Shown piece after piece: positions 39,801 through 53,484 of a DNA stretch of 64,000 bases; the stretch's first letter is position 1; each line of letters starts with the position of its first letter. Location: NCBI GenBank assembly GCA_051530055.1, contig CM121341.1, forward strand, positions 11,572,784-11,636,783, written 5' to 3'. The DNA comes from Neoechinorhynchus agilis (lineage: Eukaryota; Animalia; Acanthocephala). Position numbers and translations under genes: made by a program. Below the pieces are notes generated by a model. It was given only the letters and a program-made list of their open reading frames with translations, had not been told where the DNA came from and did not search any database.

Positions 39801-42800
39801 GAAATTTCATCCTCGACTTGGACTATAGAAACCATATCTAAGCTCATTAAAAAAGAAAAAATATTTAAATAAAAAAAATAGTTAAATACAAATATCGTAG
39901 ATTCGGGAAAAGCCTCAGTAATCCGTTGCGCCATCATGCATTTTCAGCAATCACGCGAATATACGGAAATTTCATCCTCGACCTTGACTATAGAAACCAT
40001 ATCTAAGCTCATAAAACAAAAAAATATTTAAATCCAAAAAATAGTTAAATACAAATATCGTAGATTCGGGAAAAGCCTCAGTCATCCGTTGCGCCATCAT
40101 GCATTTTCAGCAATCACGCGAATATACGGAAATTTCATCCTCGACTTGGACTATAGAAACCATATCTAAGCTCATTAAAAAAGAAAAAATATTTAAATAA
40201 AAAAATAGTTAAATACAAATATCGTAGATTCGGGAAAAGCCTCAGTCATCCGTTGCGCCATCATGCATTTTCAGCAATCACGCGAATATACGGAAATTTC
40301 ATCCTCGACCTTGACTATAGAAACCATATCTAAGCTCATAAAACAAGAAAAAATATTTAAATAAAAAAATAGTTAAATACAAATATCGTAGATTCGGGAA
40401 AAGCCTCAGTCATCCGTTGCGCCATCATGCATTTTCAGCAATCACGCGAATATACGGAAATTTCATCCTCGACTTGGACTATAGAAACCATATCTAAGCT
40501 CATTAAAAAAGAAAAAATATTTAAATAAAAAAATAGTTAAATACAAATATCGTAGATTCGGGAAAAGCCTCAGTCATCCGTTGCGCCATCATGCATTTTC
40601 AGCAATCACGCGAATATACGGAAATTTCATCCTCGACCTTGACTATAGAAACCATATCTAAGCTCATAAAACAAGAAAAAATATTTAAATCAAAAAAATA
40701 GTTAAATACAAATATCGTAGATTCGGGAAAAGCCTCAGTCATCCGTTGCGCCATCATGCATTTTCAGCAATCACGCGAATATACGGAAATTTCATCCTCG
40801 ACTTGGACTATAGAAACCATATCTAAGCTCATAAAACAAGAAAAAATATTTAAATAAAAAATAGTTAAATACAAATATCGTAGATTCGGGAAAAGCCTCA
40901 GTCATCCGTTGCGCCATCATGCATTTTCAGCAATCACGCGAATATACGGAAATTTCATCCTCGACTTGGACTATAGAAACCATATCTAAGCTCATTAAAA
41001 AAGAAAAAATATTTAAATCAAAAAAATAGTTAAATACAAATATCGTAGATTCGGGAAAAGCCTCAGTCATCCGTTGCGCCATCATGCATTTTCAGCAATC
41101 ACGCGAATATACGGAAATTTCATCCTCGAGACTTGACTATAGAAACCATATCTAAGCTCATAAAAAAAGAAAAAATATTTAAATCAAAAAAATAGTTAAA
41201 TACAAATATCGTAGATTCGGGAAAAGCCTCTGTCATCCGTTGCGCCATCATGCATTTTCAGCAATCACGCGAATATACGGAAATTTCATCCTCGACTTGG
41301 ACTATAGAAACCATATCTAAGCTCATTAAAAAAGAAAAAATATTTAAATCAAAAAAATAGTTAAATACAAATATCGTAGATTCGGGAAAAGCCTCAGTCA
41401 TCCGTTGCGCCATCATGCATTTTCAGCAATCACGCGAATATACGGAAATTTCATCCTCGACCTTGACTATAGAAACCATATCTAAGCTCAAAAAACAAGA
41501 AAAAATATTTAAATCAAAAAAATAGTGAAATACAAATATTGTAGATTCGGGAAAAGCCTCTGTCATCCGTTGCGCCATTGTGCATTTTCAGCAATCACGC
41601 GAATATACCGAAATTTCATCCTCGACCTTGACTATAGAAACCATATCTAAGCTCATTAAACAAGAAAAAATATTAAATTAAAAAAAATAGTTAAATACAA
41701 ATATCGCAGATTCTGGAAAAGCCTCAGTCATCCGTTGCGCCATCACGCATTTTCAGCAATCACGCGAATATACGGAAATTTCATCCTCGACTTGACTATA
41801 GAAACCATATCTAAGCTCATAAAACAAGAAAAAATATTTAAATAGAAAAAAATAGTTAAATACAAATATCGAAGATTCGGGAAAAGCTTCTGTCATCCGT
41901 TGCGCCATCACGCATTTTCAGGAATCACGCGAATATACGGAAATTTCATCCTCGACCTTGACTACAGAAACCATATCTAAGCTCATAAAACAAAAAATAT
42001 TTAAATCCAAAAAATAGTTAAATACAAATATCATAGATTCGGGAAAAGCCTCTGTCATCCGTTGCGCCATCATGCATTTTCAGCAATCACGCGAATATAC
42101 GGAAATTTCATCCTCGACCTTGACTATAGAAACCATATCTAAGCTCATAAAACAAAAAATATTTAAATCCAAAAAATAGTTAAATACAAATATCGATGAT
42201 TCGGGAAAAGCCTCTGTCATCCGTTGCGCCATTATGCATTTTCAGCAATCACGCGAATATACGGAAATTTCATCCTCGACTTGGACAATAGAAACCATAT
42301 CTAAGCTCATTAAAAAAGAAAAAATATTTAAATAAAAAAAATAGTTAAATGCAAATATCGTAGATTCGGGAAAAGCATCTGCCATCCGTTGCGCCATCAT
42401 GCATTTTCAGGAATCACGCGAATATACGGAAATTTCATCCTCGACTTGGACTATAGAAACCATATCTAAGCTCATTAAAAAAAGAAAAAATATTTAAATC
42501 AAAAAAATAGTTAAATACAAATATCGCAGATTCGGGAAAAGCCTCAGTAATCCGTTGCGCCATCATGCATTTTCAGCAATCACGCGAATATACGGAAATT
42601 TCATCCTCGACTTGGACTATAGAAACCATATCTTAGCTCATAAAACAAAAAAATATTAAAGTCCAAAAAATAGTTAAATACAAATATCGTAGATTCGGGA
42701 AAAGCCTCAGTCATCCGTTGCGCCATCATGCATTTTCAGCAATCACGCGAATATACGGAAATTTCATCCTCGACTTGGACTATAGAAACCATATCTAAGC

Positions 42801-45800
42801 TCATTAAAAAAGAAAAAATATTTAAATCAAAAAAATAGTTAAATAAAAATATCGATGAATCGGGAAAAGTCTCCGTCATCCGTTGCGCCATTATGCATTT
42901 TCAGCAATCACGCGAATAAATGGAAATTTCATCCTCGACTTGGACAATAGAAACCATATCTAAGCTCATTAAAAAAGAAAAAATATTTAAATAAAAAAAT
43001 AGTTAAATACAAATATCGTAGATTCGGGAAAAGCCTCAGTCATCCGTTGCGCCATCATGCATTTTCAGCAATCACGCGAATATACGGAAATTTCATCCTC
43101 GACCTTGACTATAGAAACCATATCTAAGCTCATAAAACAAGAAAAAATATTTAAATAAAAAAATAGTTAAATACAAATATCGTAGATTCGGGAAAAGCCT
43201 CAGTCATCCGTTGCGCCATCATGCATTTTCAGCAATCACGCGAATATACGGAAATTTCATCGTCGACTTGGACTATAGAAACCATATCTAAGCTCATTAA
43301 AAAAGAAAAAATATTTAAATCAAAAAAATAGTTAAATAAAAATATCGATTAATCGGGAAAAGTCTCCGTCATCCGTTGCGCCATTATGCATTTTCAGCAA
43401 TCACGCGAATAAATGGAAATTTCATCCTCGACTTGGACAATAGAAACCATATCTAAGCTCATTAAAAAAGAAAAAATATTTAAATCAAAAAAATAGTAAA
43501 ATACAAATATCGTAGATTCGGGAAAAGCCTCAGTCATCCGTTGCGCCATCATGCATTTTCAGCAATCACGCGAATATACGGAAATTTCATCCTCGACTTG
43601 GACTATAGAAACCATATCTAAGCTCATAAAACAAAAAAATATTTAAATCCAAAAAATAGTTAAATACAAATATCGTAGATTCGGGAAAAGCCTCTGTCAT
43701 CCGTTGCGCCATCATGCATTTTCAGCAATCACGCGAATATACGGAAATTTCATCCTCGACTTGGACAATAGAAACCATATCTAAGCTCATAAAAAAAGAA
43801 AAAATATTTAAATAAAAAAATAGTTAAATACAAATATCGTAGATTCGGGAAAAGCCTCAGTCATCCGTTGCGCCATCATGCATTTTCAGCAATCACGCGA
43901 ATATACGGAAATTTCATCCTCGACTTGGACTATAGAAACCATATCTAAGCTCATTAAAAAAGAAAAAATATTTAAATCAAAAAAAATAGTTAAATACAAA
44001 TATCGTAGATTCGGGAAAAGCCTCAGTCATCCGTTGCGCCATCATGCATTTTCAGCAATCACGCGAATATACGGAAATTTCATCCTCGACCTTGACTATA
44101 GAAACCATATCTAAGCTCATAAAAAAAAAATATTAAAATCACAAAAAATAGTTAAATACAAATATCGTAGATTCGGGAAAAGCCTCAGTCATCCGTTGCG
44201 CCATCATGCATTTTCAGCAATCACGCGAATAAATGGAAATTTCATCCTCGACTTGGACTATAGAAACCATATCTAAGCTCATTAAAAAAGAAAAAATATT
44301 TAAATAAAAAAATAGTTAAATACAAATATCGTAGATTCGGGAAAAGCCTCAGTAATCCGTTGCGCCATCATGCATTTTCAGCAATCACGCGAATATACGG
44401 AAATTTCATCCTCGACCTTGACTATAGAAACCATATCTTAGCTCATAAAACAAAAAACTATTAAAGTCCAAAAAATAGTTAAATACAAATATCGTAGATT
44501 CCGGAAAAGCCTCAGTCATCCGTTGCGCCATCATGCATTTTCAGCAATCACGCGAATATACGGTTTCATCGTCGACTTGGACTATAGAAACCATATCTAA
44601 GCTCATTAAAAAAAGAAAAAATATTTAAATCAAAAAATAGTTAAATACAAATATCGCAGATTCGGGAAAAGCCTCAGTCATCCGTTGCGCCATCATGCAT
44701 TTTCAGCAATCACGCGAATATACGGAAATTTCATCCTCGACCTTGACTATAGAAACCATATCTAAGCTCATAAAAAAAGAAAAAATATTTAAATAAAAAA
44801 ATAGTTAAATACAAATATCGTAGATTCGGGAAAAGCCTCAGTCATCCGTTGCGCCATCATGCATTTTCAGCAATCACGCGAATATACGGAAATTTCATCC
44901 TCGACTTGGACTATAGAAACCATATCTAAGCTCATAAAAAAAGAAAAAATATTTAAATCAAAAAAATAGTTAAATACAAATATCGTAGATTCGGGAAAAG
45001 CCTCAGTCATCCGTTGCGCCATCATGCATTTTCAGCAATCACGCGAATATACGGAAATTTCATCCTCGACCTTGACTATAGAAACCATATCTAAGCTCAT
45101 AAAACAAGAAAAAATATTTAAATAAAAAAAATAGTTAAATACAAATATCGTAGATTCGGGAAAAGCATCAGTCATCCGTTGCGCCATCATGCATTTTCAG
45201 CAATCACGCGAATATACGGAAATTTCATCCTCGACTTGGACTATAGAAACCATATCTAAGCTCATTAAAAAAGAAAAAATATTTAAATAAAAAAATAGTT
45301 AAATACAAATATCGTAGATTCGGGAAAAGCCTCAGTAATCAGTTGCGCCATCCTACATTTTCATCAATCACGCGAATATACGGAAATTTCATCCTCGACC
45401 TTGACTATAGAAACCATATCTAAGCTCATAAAACAAGAAAAAATATTTAAATCAAAAAAATAGTTAAATACAAATATCGTAGATTCGGGAAAAGCATCTG
45501 TCATCCGTTGCGCCATCATGCATTTTCAGGAATCACGCGAATATACGGAAATTTCATCCTCGACTTGGACTATAGAAACAATATCTAAGCTCATTAAAAA
45601 AGAAAAAATATTTAAATCAAAAAAATAGTTAAATACAAATATCGTAGATTCGGGAAAAGCCTCAGTCATCCGTTGCGCCATCATGCATTTTCAGCAATCA
45701 CGCGAATATACGGAAATTTCATCCTCGACCTTGACTATAGAAACCATATCTAAGCTCAAAAAACAAGAAAAAATATTTAAATCAAAAAAATAGTGAAATA

Positions 45801-48800
45801 CAAATATTGTAGATTCGGGAAAAGCCTCTGTCATCCGTTGCGCCATTATGCATTTTCAGCAATCACGCGAATATACGGAAATTTCATCCTCGACCTTGAC
45901 TATAGAAACCATATCTAAGCTCATTAAACAAGAAAAAATATTTAAATAAAAAAAAGTTAAATACAAATATCGCAGATTCTGGAAAAGCCTCAGTCATCCG
46001 TTGCGCCATCATGCATTTTCAGCAATCACGCGAATATACGGAAATTTGATCCTCGACCTTGACTATAGAAACCATATCTAAGCTCATAAAACAAGAAAAA
46101 ATATTTAAATAGAAAAAAATAGTTAAATAAAAATATCGATGAATCGGGAAAAGCTTCTGTCATCCGTTGCGCCATCACGCATTTTCAGGAATCACGCGAA
46201 TATACGGAAATTTCATACTCGACCTTGATTACAGAAACCATATCTAAGCTCATAAAACAAAAAATATTTAAATCCAAAAAATAGTTAAATACAAATATCA
46301 TAGATTCGGGAAAAGCCTCTGTCATCCGTTGCGCCATCATGATTTTTCAGCAATCACGCGAATATACGGAAATTTCATACTCGACCTTGCCTATAGAAAC
46401 CATATCTAAGCTCATAAAACAAAAAATATTTAAATCCAAAAAATAGTTAAATAAAAATATCGATGAATCGGGAAAAGCCTCTGTCATCCGTTGCGCCATT
46501 ATGCATTTTCAGCAATCACGCGAATAAATGGAAATTTCATCCTCGACTTGGACAATAGAAACCATTTCTTAGCTCATTAAAAAAGAAAAAATATTTAAAT
46601 AAAAAAAATAGTTAAATGCAAATATCGTAGATTCGGGAAAAGCATCTGCCATCCGTTGCGCCATCATGCATTTTCAGGAATCACGCGAATATACGGAAAT
46701 TTCATCCTCGACTTGGACTATAGAAACCATATCTAAGCTCATTAAAAAAAGAAAAAATATTTAAATCAAAAAAATAGCTAAATACAAATATCGCAGATTC
46801 GGGAAAAGCCTCAGTAATCCGTTGCGCCGTCATGCATTTTCAGCAATAACGCGAATATACGGAAATTTCATCCTCGACTTGGACTATAGAAACCATATCT
46901 TAGCTCATAAAACAAAAAAATATTAAAGTCCAAAAAATAGTTAAATACAAATATCGTAGATTCGGGAAAAGCCTCAGTCATCCGTTGCGCCATCATGCAT
47001 TTTCAGCAATCACGCGAATATACGGAAATTTCATCGTCGACTTGGACTATAGAAACCATATCTAAGCTCATTAAAAAAGAAAAAATATTTAAATCAAAAA
47101 AATAGTTAAATACAAATATCGTAGATTCGGGAAAAGCCTCAGTCATCCGTTGCGCCATCATGCATTTTCAGCAATCACGCGAATATACGGAAATTTCATC
47201 CTCGACCTTGACTATAGAAACCATATCTAAGCTCATTAAAAAAGAAAAAATATTTAAATCAAAAAATAGTTAAATACAAATATCGTAGATTCGGGAAAAG
47301 CCTCAGTCATCCGTTGCGCCATCATGCATTTTCAGCAATCACGCGAATATACGGAAATTTCATCCTCGACTTGGACTATAGAAACCATATCTAAGCTCAT
47401 TAAAAAAGAAAAAATATTTAAATCAAAAAAATAGTTAAATAAAAATATCGATGAATCGGGAAAAGCCTCAGTCATCCGTTGCGCCATCATGCATTTTCAG
47501 CAATCACGCGAATAAACGGAAATTTCATCCTCGACTTGGACAATAGAAACCATATCTAAGCTCATTAAAAAAAAATATTTAAATCAAAAAAAAGTTAAAT
47601 ACAAATATCGTAGATTCGGGAAAAGCCTCAGTCATCCGTTGCGCCATCATGCATTTTCAGCAATCACGCGAATATACGGAAATTTCATCCTCGACTTGGA
47701 CTATAGAAACCATATCTAAGCTCATAAAACAAAAAATATTTAAATCCAAAAAATAGTTAAATACAAATATCGTAGATTCGGGAAAAGCCTCTGTCATCCG
47801 TTGCGCCATCATGCATTTTCAGCAATCACGCGAATATACGGAAATTTCATCCTCGACTTGGACTATAGAAACCATATCTAAGCTCATAAAAAAAGAAAAA
47901 ATATTTAAATAAAAAAATAGTTAAATACAAATATCGTAGATTCGGGAAAAGCATCAGTCATCCGTTGCGCCATCATGCATTTTCAGCAATCACGCGAATA
48001 TACGGAAATTTCATCCTCGACTTGGACTATAGAAACCATATCTAAGCTCATTAAAAAAGAAAAAATATTTAAATCAAAAAAATAGTTAAATACAAATATC
48101 GTAGATTCGGGAAAAGCCTCAGTCATCCGTTGCGCCATCATGCATTTTCAGCAATCACGCGAATATACGGAAATTTCATCCTCGACTTGGACTATAGAAA
48201 CCATATCTAAGCTCATAAAAAAAAAATATTTAAATAAAAAAATAGTTAAATACAAATATCGTAGATTCGGGAAAAGCCTCAGTCATCCGTTGCGCCATCA
48301 TGCATTTTCAGCAATCACGCGAATATACGGAAATTTCATCCTCGACTTGACTATAGAAACCATATCTAAGCTCATAAAACAAGAAAAAATATTTAAATCA
48401 AAAAAATAGTTAAATACAAATATCGTAGATTCGGGAAAAGCCTCTGTCATCCGTTGCGCCATCATGCATTTTCAGCAATCACGCGAATATACGGAAATTT
48501 CATCCTCGACTTGGACTATAGAAACCATATCTAAGCTCATTAAAAAAGAAAAAATATTTAAATCAAAAAAATAGTTAAATACAAATATCGTAGATTCGGG
48601 AAAAGCCTCAGTCATCCGTTGCGCCATCATGCATTTTCAGCAATCACGCGAATATACGGAAATTTCATCCTCGACCTTGACTATAGAAACCATATCTAAG
48701 CTCAAAAAACAAGAAAAAATATTTAAATCAAAAAAATAGTGAAATACAAATATTGTAGATTCGGGAAAAGCCTCTGTCATCCGTTGCGCCATTGTGCATT

Positions 48801-51800
48801 TTCAGCAATCACGCGAATATACCGAAATTTCATCCTCGACCTTGACTATAGAAACCATATCTAAGCTCATTAAACAAGAAAAAATATTAAATTAAAAAAA
48901 ATAGTTAAATACAAATATCGCAGATTCTGGAAAAGCCTCAGTCATCCGTTGCGCCATCACGCATTTTCAGCAATCACGCGAATATACGGAAATTTCATCC
49001 TCGACCTTGACTATAGAAACCATATCTAAGCTCATAAAACAAGAAAAAATATTTAAATAGAAAAAAATAGTTAAATAAAAATATCGATGAATCGGGAAAA
49101 GCTTCTGTCATCCGTTGCGCCATCACGCATTTTCAGGAATCACGCGAATATACGGAAATTTCATACTCGACCTTGACTATAGAAACCATATCTAAGCTCA
49201 TAAAACAAAAAATATTTAAATCCAAAAAATAGTTAAATACAAATATCATAGATTCGGGAAAAGCCTCTGTCATCCGTTGCGCCATCATGCATTTTCAGCA
49301 ATCACGCGAATATACGGAAATTTCATCCTCGACCTTGACTATAGAAACCATATCTAAGCTCATAAAACAAAAAATATTTAAATCAAAAAATAGTTAAATA
49401 AAAATATCGATGAATCGGGAAAAGCCTCTGTCATCCGTTGCGCCATTATGCATTTTCAGCAATCACGCGAATATACGGAAATTTCATCCTCGACTTGGAC
49501 AATAGAAACCATATCTAAGCTCATTAAAAAAGAAAAAATATTTAAATAAAAAAAATAGTTAAATACAAATATCGTAGATTCGGGAAAAGCCTCAGTCATC
49601 CGTTGCGCCATCATGCATTTTCAGCAATCACGCGAATATACGGAAATTTCATCCTCGACTTGGACTATAGAAACCATATCTAAGCTCATAAAAAAAAAAT
49701 ATTTAAATCAAAAAAATAGTTAAATACAAATATCGTAGATTCGGGAAAAGCCTCAGTCATCCGTTGCGCCATCATGCATTTTCAGCAATCACGCGAATAT
49801 ACGGAAATTTCATCCTCGACTTGGACTATAGAAACCATATCTAAGCTCATTAAAAAAGAAAAAATATTTAAATCAAAAAATAGTTAAATACAAATATCGT
49901 AGATTCGGGAAAAGCCTCAGTCATCCGTTGCGCCATCATGCATTTTCAGCAATCACGCGAATATACGGAAATTTCATCCTCGACTTGGACTATAGAAACC
50001 ATATCTAAGCTCATAAAACAAGAAAAAATATTTAAATCAAAAAAATAGTTAAATACAAATATCGTAGATTCGGGAAAAGCCTCTGTCATCCGTTGCGCCA
50101 TCATGCATTTTCAGCAATCACGCGAATATACGGAAATTTCATCCTCGACCTTGACTATAGAAACCATATCTAAGCTCATAAAACAAGAAAAAATATTTAA
50201 ATCAAAAAAATAGTTAAATACAAATATCGTAGATTCGGGAAAAGCCTCAGTCATCCGTTGCGCCATCATGCATTTTCAGCAATCACGCGAATATACGGAA
50301 ATTTCATCCTCGACTTGGACTATAGAAACCATATCTAAGCTCATAAAACAAAAAATATTTAAATCCAAAAAATAGTTAAATAAAAATATCGATGAATCGG
50401 GAAAAGCCTCCGTCATCCGTTGCGCCATTATGCATTTTCAGCAATCACGCGAATAAATGGAAATTTCATCCTCGACTTGGACAATAGAAACCATATCTAA
50501 GCTCATTAAAGAAAAAATATTTAAATAAAAAAATTAAATACAAATATCGTAGATTCGGGAAAAGCCTCAGTCATCCGTTGCGCCATCATGCATTTTCAGC
50601 AATCACGCGAATATACGGAAATTTCATCCTCGACTTGGACTATAGAAACCATATCTAAGCTCATAAAACGAAAAATATTTAATCAAAAAAATAGTTAAAT
50701 ACAAATATCGTAGATTCGGGAAAAGCCTCAGTCATCCGTTGCGCCATCATGCATTTTCAGCAATCACGCGAATATACGGAAATTTCATCCTCGACTTGGA
50801 CTATAGAAACCATATCTAAGCTCATTAAAAAAGAAAAAATATTTAAATCAAAAAATAGTTAAATACAAATATCGATGAATCGGGAAAAGCCTCAGTCATC
50901 CGTTGCGCCATCATGCATTTTCAGCAATCACGCGAATATACGGAAATTTCATCCTCGACTTGGACTATAGAAACCATATCTAAGCTCATTAACAAAGAAA
51001 AATATTTAAATAAAAAAATAGTTAAATACAAATATCGAGATTCGGGAAAAGCCTCAGTCATCCGTTGCGCCATCATGCATTTTCAGCAATCACGCGAATA
51101 TACGGAAATTTCATCCTCGACCTTGACTATAGAAACCATATCTAAGCTCATTAAAAAAGAAAAAATATTTAAATAAAAAAATAGTTAAATACAAATATCG
51201 TAGATTCGGGAAAAGCCTCAGTCATCCGTTGCGCCATCATGCATTTTCAGCAATCACGCGAATATACGGAAATTTCATCCTCGACTTGGACTATAGAAAC
51301 CATATCTAAGCTCATAAAAAAAGAAAAAATATTTAAATCAAAAAAATAGTTAAATACAAATATCGTAGATTCGGGAAAAGCCTCAGTCATCCGTTGCGCC
51401 ATCATGCATTTTCAGCAATCACGCGAATATACGGAAATTTCATCCTCGACTTGGACTATAGAAACCATATCTAAGCTCATAAAACAAGAAAAAATATTTA
51501 AATAAAAAAATAGTTAAATACAAATATCGTAGATTCGGGAAAAGCCTCAGTCATCCGTTGCGCCATCATGCATTTTCAGCAATCACGCGAATATACGGAA
51601 ATTTCATCCTCGACTTGGACTATAGAAACCATATCTAAGCTCATAAAAAAAGAAAAAATATTTAAATCAAAAAAATAGTTAAATACAAATATCGTAGATT
51701 CGGGAAAAGCCTCAGTCATCCGTTGCGCCATCATGCATTTTCAGCAATCACGCGAATATACGGAAATTTCATCCTCGACTTGGACTATAGAAACCATATC

Positions 51801-51909
51801 TAAGCTCATTAAACAAGAAAAAATATTTAAATCAAAAAAATAGTTAAGTACAAATATCGTAGATTCGGGAAAAGCCTCAGTCATCCGTTGCGCCATCATG
51901 CATTTTCAG
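15803..51909. repeat. Tandem satellite DNA, about 220 monomers of 162-165 bp (36.1 kb), uniform orientation
   Basis: Consensus approximately AAATACAAATATCGTAGATTCGGGAAAAGCCTCAGTCATCCGTTGCGCCATCATGCATTTTCAGCAATCACGCGAATATACGGAAATTTCATCCTCGACTTGGACTATAGAAACCATATCTAAGCTCATTAAAAAAGAAAAAATATTTAAATCAAAAAAATAGTT. Period is 162 bp at 16011/16173 and 164-165 bp in the main body. Confidence 0.99.
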
Positions 51910-52081
51910 TTTTATCGCGAGCGTCGAAATGATAAAATAATTTTTTTTGTAGATCAGAAAGAAACCTGAATTATCGTTTGCGCCATCATTCATTTTTGGA
52001 AGTACGAGTGCAATTTCGAATTAATTGTGGGTACATTGCTTTGGTTAATTTTTTAATGGATAATTTGTTTGTTATTTTTAG

Positions 52082-52513
52082 ATGTGCGATGGTATTTCCG
52101 ATGAGCAGGGGAAAGTTCTTCAGGCTAAATGCGATGCAATGTTTTATAGAAATCAATCCCTTCGAGACAGTCTTTACATGATGAAATGTGAGCTTCTAGC
52201 TGAAGTAGAGGCTGTTAAGGAGGAACAAGAACAAATTCGAAGTGCAGTGAACATTGAGGAACTTTTGTGTTCCCCTGATACTCTTCCATTAACAAGATGT
52301 TATGAACAAGAGTTAACTTCGCGACCTTTAATCGATCGCGACGCGTCCTTTGGCAGCGATCCCCATAGAATGAACTCTAAAGAGGAATCGGAGCTGAAGA
52401 AGAGATTTAACAGAATCAGAAAGTTGGCTTGTGCACCGATCAAAATGAATTTTGACCGAAGACTGTATAATATTTTCATGCCACATTTTCCTGCGAGTTA
52501 CGACGACGTGTGA
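52082..52513 (+). CDS. Hypothetical 143-aa protein with N-terminal coiled coil (spacing faintly reminiscent of the TFPT/INO80E helix)
   Basis: Intact ORF, GC higher than the flanks, ATG directly after TTTTTAG. Family assignment is weak. Confidence 0.6.
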   Translation: MCDGISDEQGKVLQAKCDAMFYRNQSLRDSLYMMKCELLAEVEAVKEEQEQIRSAVNIEELLCSPDTLPLTRCYEQELTSRPLIDRDASFGSDPHRMNSKEESELKKRFNRIRKLACAPIKMNFDRRLYNIFMPHFPASYDDV

Positions 52514-53484
52514 TCACTGCATTAAAAATTATGTGAGGTACCATAGTGTTCTTTGAAATCTAATGAAATATATAGAAAAATACTTATTGTCATGCCAAAA
52601 AAATTGAATTCTCGTTGCACCATGCAGACTAAAATCCACGTTATTTTCACATGACTTAAACGCGTAATGGGCGTTTCTAATTGAATCCTTTGTGCGTTTT
52701 TGTCACAAACACTCAATTTTTGTATTTTCGTGAGAAATCTTTTCGGTAATATTATAACGAGTATTAGTGCTTTAAAATACGAGAATAGCAAAGATGAAAT
52801 TCAAACACTTTTAATAAATGTTGATATGTGAGGTTATTATTTAGTCTTCATCCGGTAAATAGTTTTTTATTAAAAACTGCGAAGCAAACTGATGATGAAC
52901 CCGACGAGTTAAAAAATTAATAAAAATTATTTACCAAGTAAAAACTTTAATAATAATTACATTTTCTTTTCATAAATTTACACTTATTTTTTGTAAAGAA
53001 ATTTCAATTAGCGATTTGATTGAAGCTGAACTTATTTTTTGCCTGTTAATAGCGCAAGTGATAACATCGAGAAAAATTCATTATTTCTGATGTTGCTATC
53101 GACGTAACCGACAATGGTTTACATTTCCCGTAAAATAAAATTTAAGGGATTTAAGCAAAATGCGATAAAAATTGAAACTTTCGAAGTATAAGGCTTCTAA
53201 GAAAAATTGATTCGCTCTAAAACGTTAAAAATGTCGGTCGGATATTTCAGTGGTTCTTATTAAGAATGCACTCTGCATTAAAATATTTTTTCGCTATACT
53301 TTTATGGTTTTGTATTTTTCTAACAATGTGGATTTTGTAAATATTATTCTAAAAAGATTTACACCGAGTTCGTTTCGTATGCCTTTTTCCAAAACAGCAT
53401 GATCAACAAAACAACAAACATTTGGTAACACTTTACCGATATAAATAAAAGTAGATATGATTCCTACGATCATATTAATCATTA

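Noticed and set aside
15803-51909. Satellite as a CRISPR array, SL RNA/5S/tRNA gene array, or CENP-B-box repeat
   Set aside because: No unique spacers. No recognisable SL exon-donor-Sm layout, 5S or tRNA boxes. TTCG is present but not the TTCG....A..CGGG box.
15756-52181. Many 60-89 aa ORFs inside the satellite (MHFQQSREYTEISSSTW...)
   Set aside because: Chance frames of a tandem repeat; stops and indels vary freely between monomers.
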